Shown: positions 36,746 through 47,275 of the stretch, piece by piece | Position numbering within the stretch: position 1 is the stretch's first letter | How the letters are laid out: every line of letters begins with the position of its first letter | NCBI GenBank assembly: GCA_963850905.1 | Contig: CAWKMU010000003.1 | Span: 3,232,001 to 3,296,000 of the forward strand | Source of the DNA: an uncultured Gemmatimonadales bacterium | GTDB lineage: Bacteria; Gemmatimonadota; Gemmatimonadetes; Gemmatimonadales; Gemmatimonadaceae | Direction of reading: 5' to 3' | DNA: 64,000 bases | Made by a program: the position numbers and the translations under genes | The notes under the pieces: generated by a model | The model's input: only the letters and a program-made list of their open reading frames with translations | Told to the model about the DNA's origin: nothing | Databases searched by the model: none

Positions 36746-39022
36746 ATGCGATGGGTTCTCGGACTGTGTTGCGTCGCCTTCTTTGCGCCGCGGGGCGCGC
36801 ACGCCCAGAGCACGCAGGACGGGTGGGGCTGGAATGCATATGGTGGCGACCCGGGCGGCAGCCGCTACGCGCCGCTCGCGCAGATCGACCCCGCCAATGT
36901 CGGTCAGCTGCGGCTCGCCTGGATCGCGCGCACCGGCGACTTTCTCACGGATCGCGGCCGGTTCGAGGCTACCCCCATCCTGGCCGGCGGCACGCTGTAC
37001 GTTTCTACCCCCCTCGGCAGTGTTCTCGCCTTGGATCCTGCAACCGGCGCGGAGCGCTGGAAGTTTGACGGGCCGGTTCGCTTCGGCTACAACGACTACG
37101 GCGACTTCGCCAACCGGGGAGTGGCGGAGTGGGGCAACGGCACCTCCGCGCAAGTGTGCGCGCTCCGCATCTTCGTGGCCACGGTGAATGCGCGATTGAT
37201 CGCGCTCGATGGCCGCACGGGAAAGCCATGCAGCGATTTCGGTGACAACGGGACCGTCGATCTCACCGTCGGGTTGCGTCACCCGCCGGCATACCATTGG
37301 GAGTACGGCGTCACGTCTCCCCCGATCGTTGTCAAAGATCTGGTGATCCTCGGATCGGCGGTCCCCGATAATCACCGCACCGACGCGCCCGACGGCGTCG
37401 TCCGAGCGTTCGATGTGCGGACGGGTGCGCTCCGCTGGAGCTTCGACCCGATTCCGCGTGAGCCCAACCAGTCCGGATATGAGAGTTGGGTCGGACCGAC
37501 GGCGCACAATACAGGCGCCGGCAACGCGTGGAGCATCTTTTCCGCCGACACCGCCCGCGACCTCGTCTTCGTCCCAACCGGGAGTGCGAGCCCCGACTTC
37601 TATGGCGGGGAGCGTCGTGGCGACAACCACTTTGCGAATTGCGTGATCGCCCTTCGCGCGTCCACGGGCGCGATGGTGTGGGCGTTTCAGGTAGTTCATC
37701 ACGACCTCTGGGACTACGATGTCCCCGCGCAACCGGTGTTGTTCACGTGGACACAGAATGGACAACGTGTCCCCGCCGTGGCCGTCGCAACGAAGATGGG
37801 CCACCTGTTCATCCTCGACCGCATGACCGGGAAGCCGCTCGTGCCGGTGACCGAGCGGCCCGTCCCCGCCAGCGACGTCCCCGGCGAACAGGCGTCCGCG
37901 ACTCAGCCCTTCCCACCACCCGCGTATCGCTTCGCGCCCGAGTCACTCGCGTCGCAGGAGGCGTTTGGCGTGACTGACGCGGCCCGCGCACAATGCCGTG
38001 CACGCATCGCGGCGCTGCGCTTCCGTGGCATCTTTACCCCGCCATCATTGCAAGGCACCATCATTTGGCCCGGGAACATCGGCGGCATGAATTGGTCCGG
38101 CGTGTCGGTGGACGATCGCCGCGGCATCCTCATCGCCCCGACCAATCGTCTTGCGATGGTCGTGCGCCTCTTTCCGCGTGACAGCCTCCGCACCGTGGCG
38201 ACCGCGCATCCGGACCTGGAGTACGGTCGACAAACCGGGACTCCATACGCGATGAGCCGCGACAACCTCGGCACCTGCACCCCGCCACCCTGGGGTGCCC
38301 TGACGGCGTTTGATCTCACGCGCGGCCGCGTCATGTGGCAAGTCCCCCTCGGGTACATGCCGGCACTGGCAACCGTGCCTGGCAGCGCTCGCGCGTGGGG
38401 ATCGCTCAACCTCGGCGGCGCCCTGCTCACCGGGAGCGGTCTCGTGTTCGTCGCCGGCACATACGACCAGCACCTGCGCGCCTTCGACATCGAAACCGGC
38501 AAGGAGCGCTGGAGTGCCGAGCTCCCAGCCGCCGCGCAGGCGCTCCCCATGAGCTACGAAACCGGCGGTCGACAGTACGTCGTGATCGCCGCGGGGGGTC
38601 ACGATCGGCTCCACACGACCATGGGAGACTATGTGCTCGCCTTCACGCTCCCCACGCCGGGCGCCCCGGTTCTGGATACGACGGCCGGGCCGCTGGACGG
38701 TGAATGGAAGGGCGAGATGCACATCGGCGACGCGCGATTTGGGATGCGCGTGACGCTGCATTCCGCTGGCGGTTCGGTGACCGCGAGCGCGCAACTCGAT
38801 TCGATCGAGATCACGGGGCCGGTGACGGCTCGGCGAAGTGGCCGCGAGGTCACGGTGTCGTTCCCCCTGCGCTACGCGGCCAAGAACAACTGTACTGGCA
38901 CCCTCGCCACGACGCTCTCGCTCTGGAACGGAGGGTCATTATTGGAAGGCGGCGGCACTTTCGACGGTCCGTGCGCTGATCGTGGCCATCAAGAGGCAGC
39001 CTTCGTCTTCCGGCGCCCATAG
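36746..39022 (+). CDS. Periplasmic PQQ-dependent dehydrogenase (glucose/quinate/shikimate family)
   Basis: Signal peptide, WNAYGGD, FEATP, NRGVA, TSPP, PTGSASPDFYGG, HHDLWDYD, PPWG and YVVIAAGGH. Confidence 0.92.
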   Translation: MRWVLGLCCVAFFAPRGAHAQSTQDGWGWNAYGGDPGGSRYAPLAQIDPANVGQLRLAWIARTGDFLTDRGRFEATPILAGGTLYVSTPLGSVLALDPATGAERWKFDGPVRFGYNDYGDFANRGVAEWGNGTSAQVCALRIFVATVNARLIALDGRTGKPCSDFGDNGTVDLTVGLRHPPAYHWEYGVTSPPIVVKDLVILGSAVPDNHRTDAPDGVVRAFDVRTGALRWSFDPIPREPNQSGYESWVGPTAHNTGAGNAWSIFSADTARDLVFVPTGSASPDFYGGERRGDNHFANCVIALRASTGAMVWAFQVVHHDLWDYDVPAQPVLFTWTQNGQRVPAVAVATKMGHLFILDRMTGKPLVPVTERPVPASDVPGEQASATQPFPPPAYRFAPESLASQEAFGVTDAARAQCRARIAALRFRGIFTPPSLQGTIIWPGNIGGMNWSGVSVDDRRGILIAPTNRLAMVVRLFPRDSLRTVATAHPDLEYGRQTGTPYAMSRDNLGTCTPPPWGALTAFDLTRGRVMWQVPLGYMPALATVPGSARAWGSLNLGGALLTGSGLVFVAGTYDQHLRAFDIETGKERWSAELPAAAQALPMSYETGGRQYVVIAAGGHDRLHTTMGDYVLAFTLPTPGAPVLDTTAGPLDGEWKGEMHIGDARFGMRVTLHSAGGSVTASAQLDSIEITGPVTARRSGREVTVSFPLRYAAKNNCTGTLATTLSLWNGGSLLEGGGTFDGPCADRGHQEAAFVFRRP

Positions 39023-39145
39023 CGTGCACGCGTCGCCCGCACGAGTCCACAGCCCGGCGGGCGGTAGCGCCCGCGGTGCTCGATCGTCCCTCAATCAAGC
39101 CGCGCGCCAACCGTGTTGCACGCAACCACCCGAACTACGACGACC

Positions 39146-39499
39146 ATGGCAGCTGGGATCATCGCCGCCGCGGGCGCGGCCGCGGGGGCGGCCGCAAAGC
39201 AGATGGCGGACACGCTCGAGCGGTTCCGCGTCGCCGACGCGACGGCCCCCGACCGCGCGCAATCGTTGGACAGCCTCGGGTTGCAGCACCTCGGAGTGGT
39301 CAGCCGCCTCACCACCGTGGGCGTCATTCTGCCCGGGACGCGGCCCGGTCGGTTCTACCTCAGTGAAGTGGCGCTCGCTGCGTACCAGCGCCAGCAGACT
39401 GGCCGACAGCGCATCATGGCGATCGCCGCCGTCGGGATTGCGCTGCTCTGCATGTTGGCCGGCGTTGCGATGCTCGTGGCAACCAAGCACGCACGCTGA
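39146..39499 (+). CDS. Hypothetical protein with C-terminal TM helix
   Basis: Coding-like ORF; AAAGAAA N-terminus, RFRVADATAP...RFYL core and hydrophobic tail. Confidence 0.6.
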   Translation: MAAGIIAAAGAAAGAAAKQMADTLERFRVADATAPDRAQSLDSLGLQHLGVVSRLTTVGVILPGTRPGRFYLSEVALAAYQRQQTGRQRIMAIAAVGIALLCMLAGVAMLVATKHAR

Positions 39500-39515
39500 C
39501 GCGCGAAACGGGGCG

Positions 39516-39818
39516 CTAACTGCCGATGCGGGTTTGCACCGAGCCGGAGCTGACGGGGATCGCGCCATTCGCGGGCGGAAGCGCACGGGTCGCCTGCGCG
39601 AGCTCCGACCGTAGCGCATACACCTCGCCGCGCAGCTGCGCGATCTGCGCCACGATGTCAATCGCGTCCGAGTGCCGCAGCGTCCGCTGACGAAATCGCT
39701 CCACGAACGCGCCGCGAATGGACGGAAAGCACATCAGGCCGAAGAACGTGCAGGCTCCCATCCCGACGATCGGACCGATGAGTTCCGACCACATTGCGAT
39801 GGTTTGTGGATCGCCCAT
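39516..39818 (-). CDS. Small membrane protein with coiled coil
   Basis: AGGAG RBS upstream, one TM helix, then a heptad pattern (IAQLRGEVYALRSEL). Confidence 0.6.
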   Translation of the reverse strand: MGDPQTIAMWSELIGPIVGMGACTFFGLMCFPSIRGAFVERFRQRTLRHSDAIDIVAQIAQLRGEVYALRSELAQATRALPPANGAIPVSSGSVQTRIGS

Positions 39819-39884
39819 GAGGGTTTGGTTCTCCTGTCGAAAGGGCCAGTCTGAAAGGCGGGTGACGGGCGGCGGCGTTGCGCT

Positions 39885-39971
39885 CCAGAAAGTAGACCTG
39901 CAGAGAGTAGAAAAATAGACCAGGCGGCCCTTTTCTCCTTTCTACTTTCCGTGCTTCGACTCTCTCGGGCG
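39885..39971. repeat. Purine/pyrimidine-biased imperfect inverted repeat, homologous to 7049-7089
   Basis: Reverse complement of the left arm (TTTCTACTCTCTGCAGGTCTACTTTCT) matches 7057-7083 at 23/27 positions. Confidence 0.6.
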
Positions 39972-40054
39972 CTCTAGCGCCCGCCGCCCCTCACGCGTCA
40001 TCCGTTCTCCCTACGCATGCTCCCGGTACCGTGTTTCGGCGGTAACTTTGTGGG

Positions 40055-41617
40055 ATGCCGGTGTCTCGCGACACCCCCATCCTCATCGTCGGCGCGGGTC
40101 CAACGGGCCTGGTCCTCGCGCTGTGGCTGACCCGCCTGGGTGTGCGCGTTCGCATCATTGATAAGACGGCAGAGCCAGGCACGACGTCTCGGGCGCTCGG
40201 CGTCCACGCACGCACGTTGGAGCTCTATCGGCAGATCGGCATCGCCGACGCCGTGGTGGCCGCAGGCCTCCCCAACGTGGCGATCAATCTGTGGGTTGCG
40301 GGCACACGTATCGCGCACGTCCCACTGGACAACGTGGGCGAAGGACTGAGCCCGTTCCCATTCCTCCTCATCTATCCGCAAGACGCACACGAGCGCCTCC
40401 TAATCTCGCGACTGGCAGACTCGGGGGTGACCGTGGAGCGGCGGACGGAGCTCGTTCGGTTCGAGCAGGACAACACGAACGTTCGCGCAACGGTACGAGG
40501 ACCGAGTGGTACCGAAGAACAGTGCACCATTCGGTACCTGGCCGGCTGCGATGGCGCGCACTCAACGGTGCGTGAAGGGCTTGGCATCGGGTTTCCGGGA
40601 GGGACGTACACACGGGTGTTCTACGTCGCCAATGTCTCGGCGGCCGGGCCCGTCACCAACCACGAGTTGCACGTGGATCTCGACCAAGCCGACTTCCTGG
40701 CGGTCTTCCCACTGCGGGGCGCAGGTCGCGTGCGTCTCGTCGGCACCCTCCGTGAGGAGCTCGATCGCGACCCAGATGAGTTGACGTTCCAGGACGTCCG
40801 CGGGCGCGCGCTCAGCCAGCTTCAGCTCGAAGTGACTGACGTGAATTGGTTCTCGACGTACCGCGTGCACCACCGCGTCGCGCAGAGCTTCCGGCGCGGC
40901 CGCGTCTTTCTCCTCGGCGACGCGGCGCACATCCACAGCCCTGTCGGCGCGCAGGGGATGAACACCGGCATCGGTGATGCCGTGAACCTGTCGTGGAAAC
41001 TGGCCAACGTCCTGCAGGACAGGGGGCCCGCGGCACTGCTCGACAGCTATGAGCCCGAACGCATCGCCTTCGCTCGCCGGCTTGTGGCCACGACCGATCG
41101 CGTGTTCACGATCGCCTCGAGCGATGGTCCCCTCGCTCGGCGAGTCAGGACGACGATCCTGCCCGCGGTGGCCGGCCCACTGCTTCGCCTGCGCGCGGCG
41201 CGGCGCTTTCTCTTCAAGACCGCGTCGCAGATCGAGATCGAATATCGACACAGCCCACTCAGCGAAGGCCAAACGGGACGCGTTCACGGCGGTGACCGCC
41301 TGCCGTGGATCCCCAATGGCCACGCCCCAGACGGAGCTCCTCAGGACAATTTCACGCCCCTTGGGTCGCTGAGTTGGCAAGTACACGTGTACGGCGACGC
41401 GCGCTCGGAGCTGCAGGACGGATGCACAGCGATGGGACTGCAACTCTGCGTGTTCCCGTGGACAGGAGCGGCCGGGCGTGCCGGCTTCACACGCGATGCG
41501 ATGTACCTGGTCCGGCCCGATGGGTATGTCGCCCTGGCGAGCGCGGTCGGAGGAGTTGATGCCCTGACACGATACGTGGCCTCGCGCGGGATCGGCCAGC
41601 GAGCGCGCCCTCCCTGA
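40055..41617 (+). CDS. FAD-dependent monooxygenase (PheA/TfdB/rifampicin-monooxygenase-like)
   Basis: GAGPTGL, GCDGAHSTVR, GDAAHIHSPVGAQGMNTGIGDA and LVRPDGYV. Confidence 0.92.
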   Translation: MPVSRDTPILIVGAGPTGLVLALWLTRLGVRVRIIDKTAEPGTTSRALGVHARTLELYRQIGIADAVVAAGLPNVAINLWVAGTRIAHVPLDNVGEGLSPFPFLLIYPQDAHERLLISRLADSGVTVERRTELVRFEQDNTNVRATVRGPSGTEEQCTIRYLAGCDGAHSTVREGLGIGFPGGTYTRVFYVANVSAAGPVTNHELHVDLDQADFLAVFPLRGAGRVRLVGTLREELDRDPDELTFQDVRGRALSQLQLEVTDVNWFSTYRVHHRVAQSFRRGRVFLLGDAAHIHSPVGAQGMNTGIGDAVNLSWKLANVLQDRGPAALLDSYEPERIAFARRLVATTDRVFTIASSDGPLARRVRTTILPAVAGPLLRLRAARRFLFKTASQIEIEYRHSPLSEGQTGRVHGGDRLPWIPNGHAPDGAPQDNFTPLGSLSWQVHVYGDARSELQDGCTAMGLQLCVFPWTGAAGRAGFTRDAMYLVRPDGYVALASAVGGVDALTRYVASRGIGQRARPP

Positions 41618-41619
41618 CC

Positions 41620-42426
41620 ATGCGGGCGTGGCGGTCTTCGATTCGACGGCGCGCATCGATCGCGAGCGTCGCGCTTGCGACGGCCGCAGGCCTGTCTGCA
41701 CCCTGCGTAAGCCAGCCGCCCACACGGGCCGCCGCGCGGGTCACCTACGCCGCGACCCGAGACACCGTTCCACGAGCGTCGCCGTATCGCTACCCACCGC
41801 ACCTCCTGCTGAGTGACCGCACCTATTGGATCGTGTCGGGCAGCGCCTTGGCCGGGAGCGTATTCCTGGATCGCACCGCCGGCCCAGTCATCCGCAGCTA
41901 CCGCACGCCCTTTCTCACGCAGATTGCTCCGCTCGGCGATGTCTTCGGCACGGCGAACTACACGGTGCCGACCATCACCGGGGCGCTCGTCGTCGCACAC
42001 CTTGCGCATAACGCGAACTGGGAAGACGCAACACGCCATATCACAATGAGTTACATCGTAGCCGACGTAAGTGAAGCCCTCCTCAAGGGTGCCGTCGGAC
42101 GGCAGCGGCCGGACTATTCCGGGAATCCGTGGCTCTTTCGGCCCCTCTCATTTTCGGATGAGTGGCATTCGTTCCCATCCGGACACCTCACCCACATCAC
42201 GGCGATTGCTGCGGCGTTGGCGCAGGAGGCCCACCGGCCATGGGTCACCGCGCTCAGCATGAGCGCTGTCGCGTTCACCGGATGGCAACGCCTGTACCGC
42301 GATCAGCACTGGGCGAGCGATGTCGTCGGCGGCGTGATTGTCGGCACCGCAGCGAGCCGCGTGACCGCACATTGGCTCCGGCACAAGCGAAAGCCGCCCC
42401 CGCCCAACGTGGCGGGGCCTAGGTGA
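41620..42426 (+). CDS. PAP2 family phosphatase
   Basis: KxxxxRxRP, SFPSGH and RLYRDQHWASDV motifs. Confidence 0.9.
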   Translation: MRAWRSSIRRRASIASVALATAAGLSAPCVSQPPTRAAARVTYAATRDTVPRASPYRYPPHLLLSDRTYWIVSGSALAGSVFLDRTAGPVIRSYRTPFLTQIAPLGDVFGTANYTVPTITGALVVAHLAHNANWEDATRHITMSYIVADVSEALLKGAVGRQRPDYSGNPWLFRPLSFSDEWHSFPSGHLTHITAIAAALAQEAHRPWVTALSMSAVAFTGWQRLYRDQHWASDVVGGVIVGTAASRVTAHWLRHKRKPPPPNVAGPR

Positions 42427-42539
42427 GCGCGCGATAGAACGACGCCAGGGCCATTCCGAGCAAAACCGAAACGCCGAGCCAGCGGAGGATTTGCGCCCCC
42501 GCAACGGCGGCGCGCTGAGCAGCAGTAAACCGCTCGCGG

Positions 42540-44795
42540 TCAGGGTTGCGCGGGGCCGGTCAGCTTCATCCGCTGCACCAACGTGTGGAAGCGCGCGTCG
42601 TTACGTACCGGATCCAGAATCGGATTGACGTTCAGGTACGCCATCCAACCTCGCCGCTCCGTATAGGCGCGCTCCATGGACTCGAGCGCCCGATCGAATT
42701 CACCGAGGCCCAGGTTGATGGTGACGAACACAACCGGGGAGACGTACACTCGGCGGGCGCGATCCTCGAACTGCCGTAAGATCACGCGAGCCTCCTCGGC
42801 GGCCCCGGAGCGCGCCAGCGCGTACGCCAGCGTCGCGAGCGGCCCGGTGCCCGCATCGGGCAGTTGCAGCGCGTCGCGAAGCACCCGGATCGCCTCCTCG
42901 TAGTGTTCCTGCTGTACCAGGAAGGACCCGAGCAACCGATAGTTCTCGACCGCTACCGGATCGAGGGCGATCGCACGCTCAATGTGGTGTATCGCCTGAT
43001 CGTATCGGCGGGCGTACAGATACGAGTGCGCCACGCTGCGCCGCACCGACACCGACGCCGGGTCGAGCTCCAGGGCCGTATGCGCCTCGAGCAGGCCCTC
43101 CTCGATCCTGCCTTGCGACAGCAGCAGAAATGCGTACCACTGATGGCTCGTCGCATAAAGTGGATCGAGTTCGATGGCGCGCCGGAACTCGCGGATCGCA
43201 CCGGGCCAATCCCAGTCATAGATGAACATCGTCCAGGCGAGCGACGCATGCGCCTCGGCCACCCGATCGTCGAGCGCGATCGCTTGGCGCGCGTACGACC
43301 TCGCGCGCTCGAACCCTTCGGCAACCGGCATGTCGCGGTAATCGACCTGCAACGCGTACGAGTCGGCGAGGCCGGTGTAGGCGAGCGCGTATTTCGGATC
43401 TTCGGCGATCGCCCGCTCGAAGTACCCGGCCCCCTCGAGCACGCTGTGCTGCGTGCGCTTGTTCCACTCGTGTCGACCCCGCAGGTACAGGGCGTACGCT
43501 TTGAGGTTGTCGGTGTAGCGGCGCGCCACCGGCTCCGACAAGTCGGCGAACGAAGTCGCACGTAGCGTGTTCACGATCGTACTGGCAATCTCGTCCTGCG
43601 TCGCGAAGAGATCGAGGAGCGTGCGGTCATACCGCTGCGACCAAAGCACCTGTCCATCATCCGTCGACGTCAGCTGGGCCGTGATGCGCAGCCGGTCGCC
43701 GAGGCGTCGCACAGTACCCTCGAGCACGACCGACGCACTCAGCAGGACGCCGATCGCACGTACGTCTTGCGGTCGGCCCTTGAGCGCGAACACCGAGGTT
43801 CGCGACGCCACTCGCAGCCCCTTCACCTTGGCGAGCGCATCGATCAGTTCATCAGTGATACCGTCACTGAGGTATTCGCTCTCCGGGTCGGGGCTCGCAT
43901 TGACAAAGGGCAGCACGGCGATCGACCTGGTCTTGCCGGTAGCGAGGTGCGGTGCCGGGCTCGTGGCGTGGAGCGCTGCCAGAAACTCCGCGACTGTCGC
44001 AAAGCGCTGTGCGGGGTCCTTCGCAAGCGCTTTCGCGATTGCCCGGTCGACACTCGACGAGACGTCCGGCCGCCGAGCCCGGACGGATGGCGCTTGCTGG
44101 GTGACCTGTTTCGCGAGCAACGCCCGGACGGTGTCGGCCTGGAACGGCGGCTCGCCCGCCAGCATCTCGAACAGCACGCAGGCGAGGCTGTAGATGTCGG
44201 TGCGGCTCTCGAGTCCCCGCTCGCCGCTCGCCTGCTCGGGACTCATGTACGCCGGTGTCCCAATGGCGAGGCCGCTGTCGGTCAGGACGTCGACCCCCTG
44301 GGCATAAACGACCTGTGCAATCCCGAAATCCGCCAGGACCGCATGCTGGTCCGCAAAGAGGATGTTCGCCGGCTTCACGTCGCGATGCACAAAACCACTG
44401 CGGTGCATGTAGTCGAGAGCCGACCCGATCTCTTCTGCGATGCCCAGTGCCTCGCCCAGCGGGAGCGGTCCGTCGGCCGCCAGACGCTCGCGAAGCGACC
44501 CTCCCGCGATGTACGGAGTGACGAGGAAGAGCTGACCCTCGCTCTCACCTGAATCGATCAACGGAAGGATATGAGGGTGCGACAGCTCCGCTGCGATCCC
44601 GATCTCGCGCAGGAAGCGCTCGGCCGTGACGGACACAGCGAACTCTGGTCGCAGTACCTTGACCGCGACCCGCCGCCCGTGCTTGGCATCCAGCGCCAGA
44701 TAGACGACCGCCATGGCGCCCCGACCCAGTTCCCGCTCCACCTGATATCGCGACGGAAGGGACGGGGCTGCCGGCAAGACCGTCGGGTTCGACAT
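42540..44795 (-). CDS. Hanks-type Ser/Thr protein kinase with TolB-like and TPR domains
   Basis: LGRGAMAVVY, VAVK, HRDVKPAN, DFG, GTPAYMSPEQ; SIAVLPF domain; TPR repeats. Confidence 0.94.
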   Translation of the reverse strand: MSNPTVLPAAPSLPSRYQVERELGRGAMAVVYLALDAKHGRRVAVKVLRPEFAVSVTAERFLREIGIAAELSHPHILPLIDSGESEGQLFLVTPYIAGGSLRERLAADGPLPLGEALGIAEEIGSALDYMHRSGFVHRDVKPANILFADQHAVLADFGIAQVVYAQGVDVLTDSGLAIGTPAYMSPEQASGERGLESRTDIYSLACVLFEMLAGEPPFQADTVRALLAKQVTQQAPSVRARRPDVSSSVDRAIAKALAKDPAQRFATVAEFLAALHATSPAPHLATGKTRSIAVLPFVNASPDPESEYLSDGITDELIDALAKVKGLRVASRTSVFALKGRPQDVRAIGVLLSASVVLEGTVRRLGDRLRITAQLTSTDDGQVLWSQRYDRTLLDLFATQDEIASTIVNTLRATSFADLSEPVARRYTDNLKAYALYLRGRHEWNKRTQHSVLEGAGYFERAIAEDPKYALAYTGLADSYALQVDYRDMPVAEGFERARSYARQAIALDDRVAEAHASLAWTMFIYDWDWPGAIREFRRAIELDPLYATSHQWYAFLLLSQGRIEEGLLEAHTALELDPASVSVRRSVAHSYLYARRYDQAIHHIERAIALDPVAVENYRLLGSFLVQQEHYEEAIRVLRDALQLPDAGTGPLATLAYALARSGAAEEARVILRQFEDRARRVYVSPVVFVTINLGLGEFDRALESMERAYTERRGWMAYLNVNPILDPVRNDARFHTLVQRMKLTGPAQP

Positions 44796-44941
44796 AACGG
44801 AAAGCTAGCGCGCTGAGCGCTGCCGGCGACTCGCCAGGGGCTCGCCAGTGAATCGTTTCCGGCTTGCGTTCGTCAGGTAGGAGGCCTCAATCCCCAGACT
44901 CCTTTGCCCGCGCCACGACCACCGCACGCGTCTGCGATCCG

Positions 44942-46372
44942 ATGTTGAGTGTCTGGAGTGGAGTCCCGTATCCGCCGGCACGCCTGTACGTAACGCTGCT
45001 CGTCATGCTCGTTTTCGTGACCGCGACGGTCGCGGCCGTGAGACGACGGTACGGCGATCGGCTGCTCGCCGACATCGCTGCGACGTTGGGTGTGTTTCTG
45101 CTGATCATTGGCAGCATCGTCTACACCGTCGCCTTCCGGGGGCTGCGACCGTTAGAGGTCGTCGTCGCCTGGGCCCTCTCGGGGCCCGCGATCGCGTGGT
45201 TCGTGTGGCGTCTCAATGCGATCATGACACGACCCCTGATCGTGCTCGAGGACCTCGGCGAGTCGATCAAACGTGGGCAATGGGCGGCGGTGCTCGCAAC
45301 CAACGTCGGGCAAGCCGGTGCCGCCGTCGGTCATTCGAGCCAGACCGGTAACGTCCAATCCGCGCTCCAGGACGTCGCCGTACTGGTCGTCGAGACCCAG
45401 CGCACCTCGCACGCGCTTCTCGACGCGGCGACCGGCGTGGCGCACATAGCGACCAACGTCGCCGATGGCGCGGATCAGGTGACGGCGGCGTTGGGCAGGC
45501 TCACACGGGCCTCGGGTGGCAATACAGTGGCCGCCCGCCGTATCCGCGATGCCGCGTCGCAGCTTGCCAGCGCCGCCGCGCAAGTCGCTGGCGCTGCGCG
45601 CGAGACGCTGGGCATCTCGGGAGATGTCGATGGGCGAGCACAAGCCGGTGTGGCCGGAGCCGTAACGGCAACCGGACGTGTCGTCGAGATCGCCGGCGCC
45701 TCCCGCGACGCCGTCGCCGCGCTGGCCGCACTCCGCTCGGCCGCCGGCAGCGCAGCGGATGTCACCGCCGAGATCGCGGAGATTGCGCAGCAGACGAACC
45801 TCCTCGCCCTCAATGCTGCGATCGAGGCCGCGCGCGCCGGTGTGGAAGGGCGCGGGTTCGGCGTCGTAGCAGCCGAGGTCCGACAGCTCTCCCGCCGCGC
45901 CAGTGAGGCGTTGAAACGCGTGAAGGCGCTGCTGGATGAGATCACGGCCAAGACCGATGGCGTCGAGCAGCAGATGACGTCCGCGCGCCGCAGCGCCGAG
46001 GCCGGGGAAGAGACGATGAAAGAGGCGCTGGGAGTCTTTCAGGAGATCGCGCAACGCGTGCAACGCACGGTTGCGTTGGCCCAGACCGCCGTGGAGGCCG
46101 CGGCGATGACCGAATCACTCGTCGTCGAGCTGGGAGCGACTGCCGAACTGGTTGTGCAAGTCGCGGAGAGCACGGCGTCCGAGACCGCGCAGGTCGAGAC
46201 TGCGACGGTAGGCCAGCGGGCGCTCACGGAGCACCTGCGCACAACCGGATCGGCACTCGAGCACTCGGCGCAGTCGCTCCGCAATGTCGTCGCGCGGTTC
46301 GGCGACCGATCGCGCGACGGGGTCGTGGCCGCCCGGCCAACGTCGACCACGATCGAGGCCAACGCCGCATAG
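44942..46372 (+). CDS. Methyl-accepting chemotaxis protein
   Basis: [36 protein letters not shown] signalling hairpin; about 3 N-terminal TM helices. Confidence 0.9.
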   Translation: MLSVWSGVPYPPARLYVTLLVMLVFVTATVAAVRRRYGDRLLADIAATLGVFLLIIGSIVYTVAFRGLRPLEVVVAWALSGPAIAWFVWRLNAIMTRPLIVLEDLGESIKRGQWAAVLATNVGQAGAAVGHSSQTGNVQSALQDVAVLVVETQRTSHALLDAATGVAHIATNVADGADQVTAALGRLTRASGGNTVAARRIRDAASQLASAAAQVAGAARETLGISGDVDGRAQAGVAGAVTATGRVVEIAGASRDAVAALAALRSAAGSAADVTAEIAEIAQQTNLLALNAAIEAARAGVEGRGFGVVAAEVRQLSRRASEALKRVKALLDEITAKTDGVEQQMTSARRSAEAGEETMKEALGVFQEIAQRVQRTVALAQTAVEAAAMTESLVVELGATAELVVQVAESTASETAQVETATVGQRALTEHLRTTGSALEHSAQSLRNVVARFGDRSRDGVVAARPTSTTIEANAA

Positions 46373-46425
46373 TTGGGCTGACGGGACGGCGACGGACGCG
46401 CAACCGAGCAGTCGGCGATCCGCGC

Positions 46426-47275
46426 TCAGGGCAGGCCAGCGCCCGGCACGGCGACGCGAGTCACCTCGATGCGGCCGGCCCGCTGAGCGCGAGTGCGCTC
46501 GGGGATATATTCGCGCGCGGTTCCGATGTAGAGATCGCGGCGGTCCGCTCCACCCAAGAATGCACGAGAAGGCGTCGCGGCCCGGCAACGGAATGCGGTC
46601 GGTGACACGGCCACCGTCGACCACACGGATCAGTTCCTGGACACCGGGCGAGGCGACCCAGACACCCCCGTCTTCATCCAAGCACAAGCCATCGGGCGCA
46701 GTGGTCTCGAACCGCGCGAACTCCCGACGACCAGTCAAAGAGCCGTCTTCATCAATGTCGAAGGCCGTGAGCGCGTGACCGAACGTCTCGCTGATGATGA
46801 GCGTCTTGCCATCAGGCGTGATGACCGCGCCGTTGGGGAAGAACAGATCTGTTGCGGCGACCACGACCTCGCCCCCGGGTTGGACGCAGTAGAGGAGTGT
46901 AGGGCAGGGCGCCTCGCCCGCGTTGAGGTCGCACCCGAACGTGCCAATGTAGGCGCGTCCTGCCGTGTCGACCACCATGTCGTTGATCACGTGGCGGCAC
47001 ACGCGACTGAGGTCCGCGACCGTGCGAGTTCCGTCGCGTGTGAGTGCGAGCAGGCGGCGATCGAACATCGAGACGACGTACATCGTCCCGTCCGGACTCC
47101 ATCCGAGGCCTGAAGGCTGCGTCGCCAGATCCAGGACGCGCGTCCCCGTGTGGCCAGCGTCGAGCCGCCAAACGACGCAGTCGTGCATGTCGGAGAAGAA
47201 GAGGGCGCCGTCATGCCACCGGAGTCCCTCGGGAAACACGAGTCCATCGAGCACCGTATCGGGCGCAGGGATCAT
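46426..47275 (-). CDS. SMP-30/gluconolactonase/LRE family protein; apparent +1 indel near 46553
   Basis: FPEGLRW, NDMVVD, FPNG and PDGLCLD. The C-terminus LGGADRRDLYI...GAGLP* is in a shifted frame. Confidence 0.88.

Noticed and set aside
41620..42426. Lipid A phosphatase (LpxE/LpxF) call for the PAP2 gene
   Set aside because: PAP2 motifs are generic and the gene is not linked to the lpx cluster.
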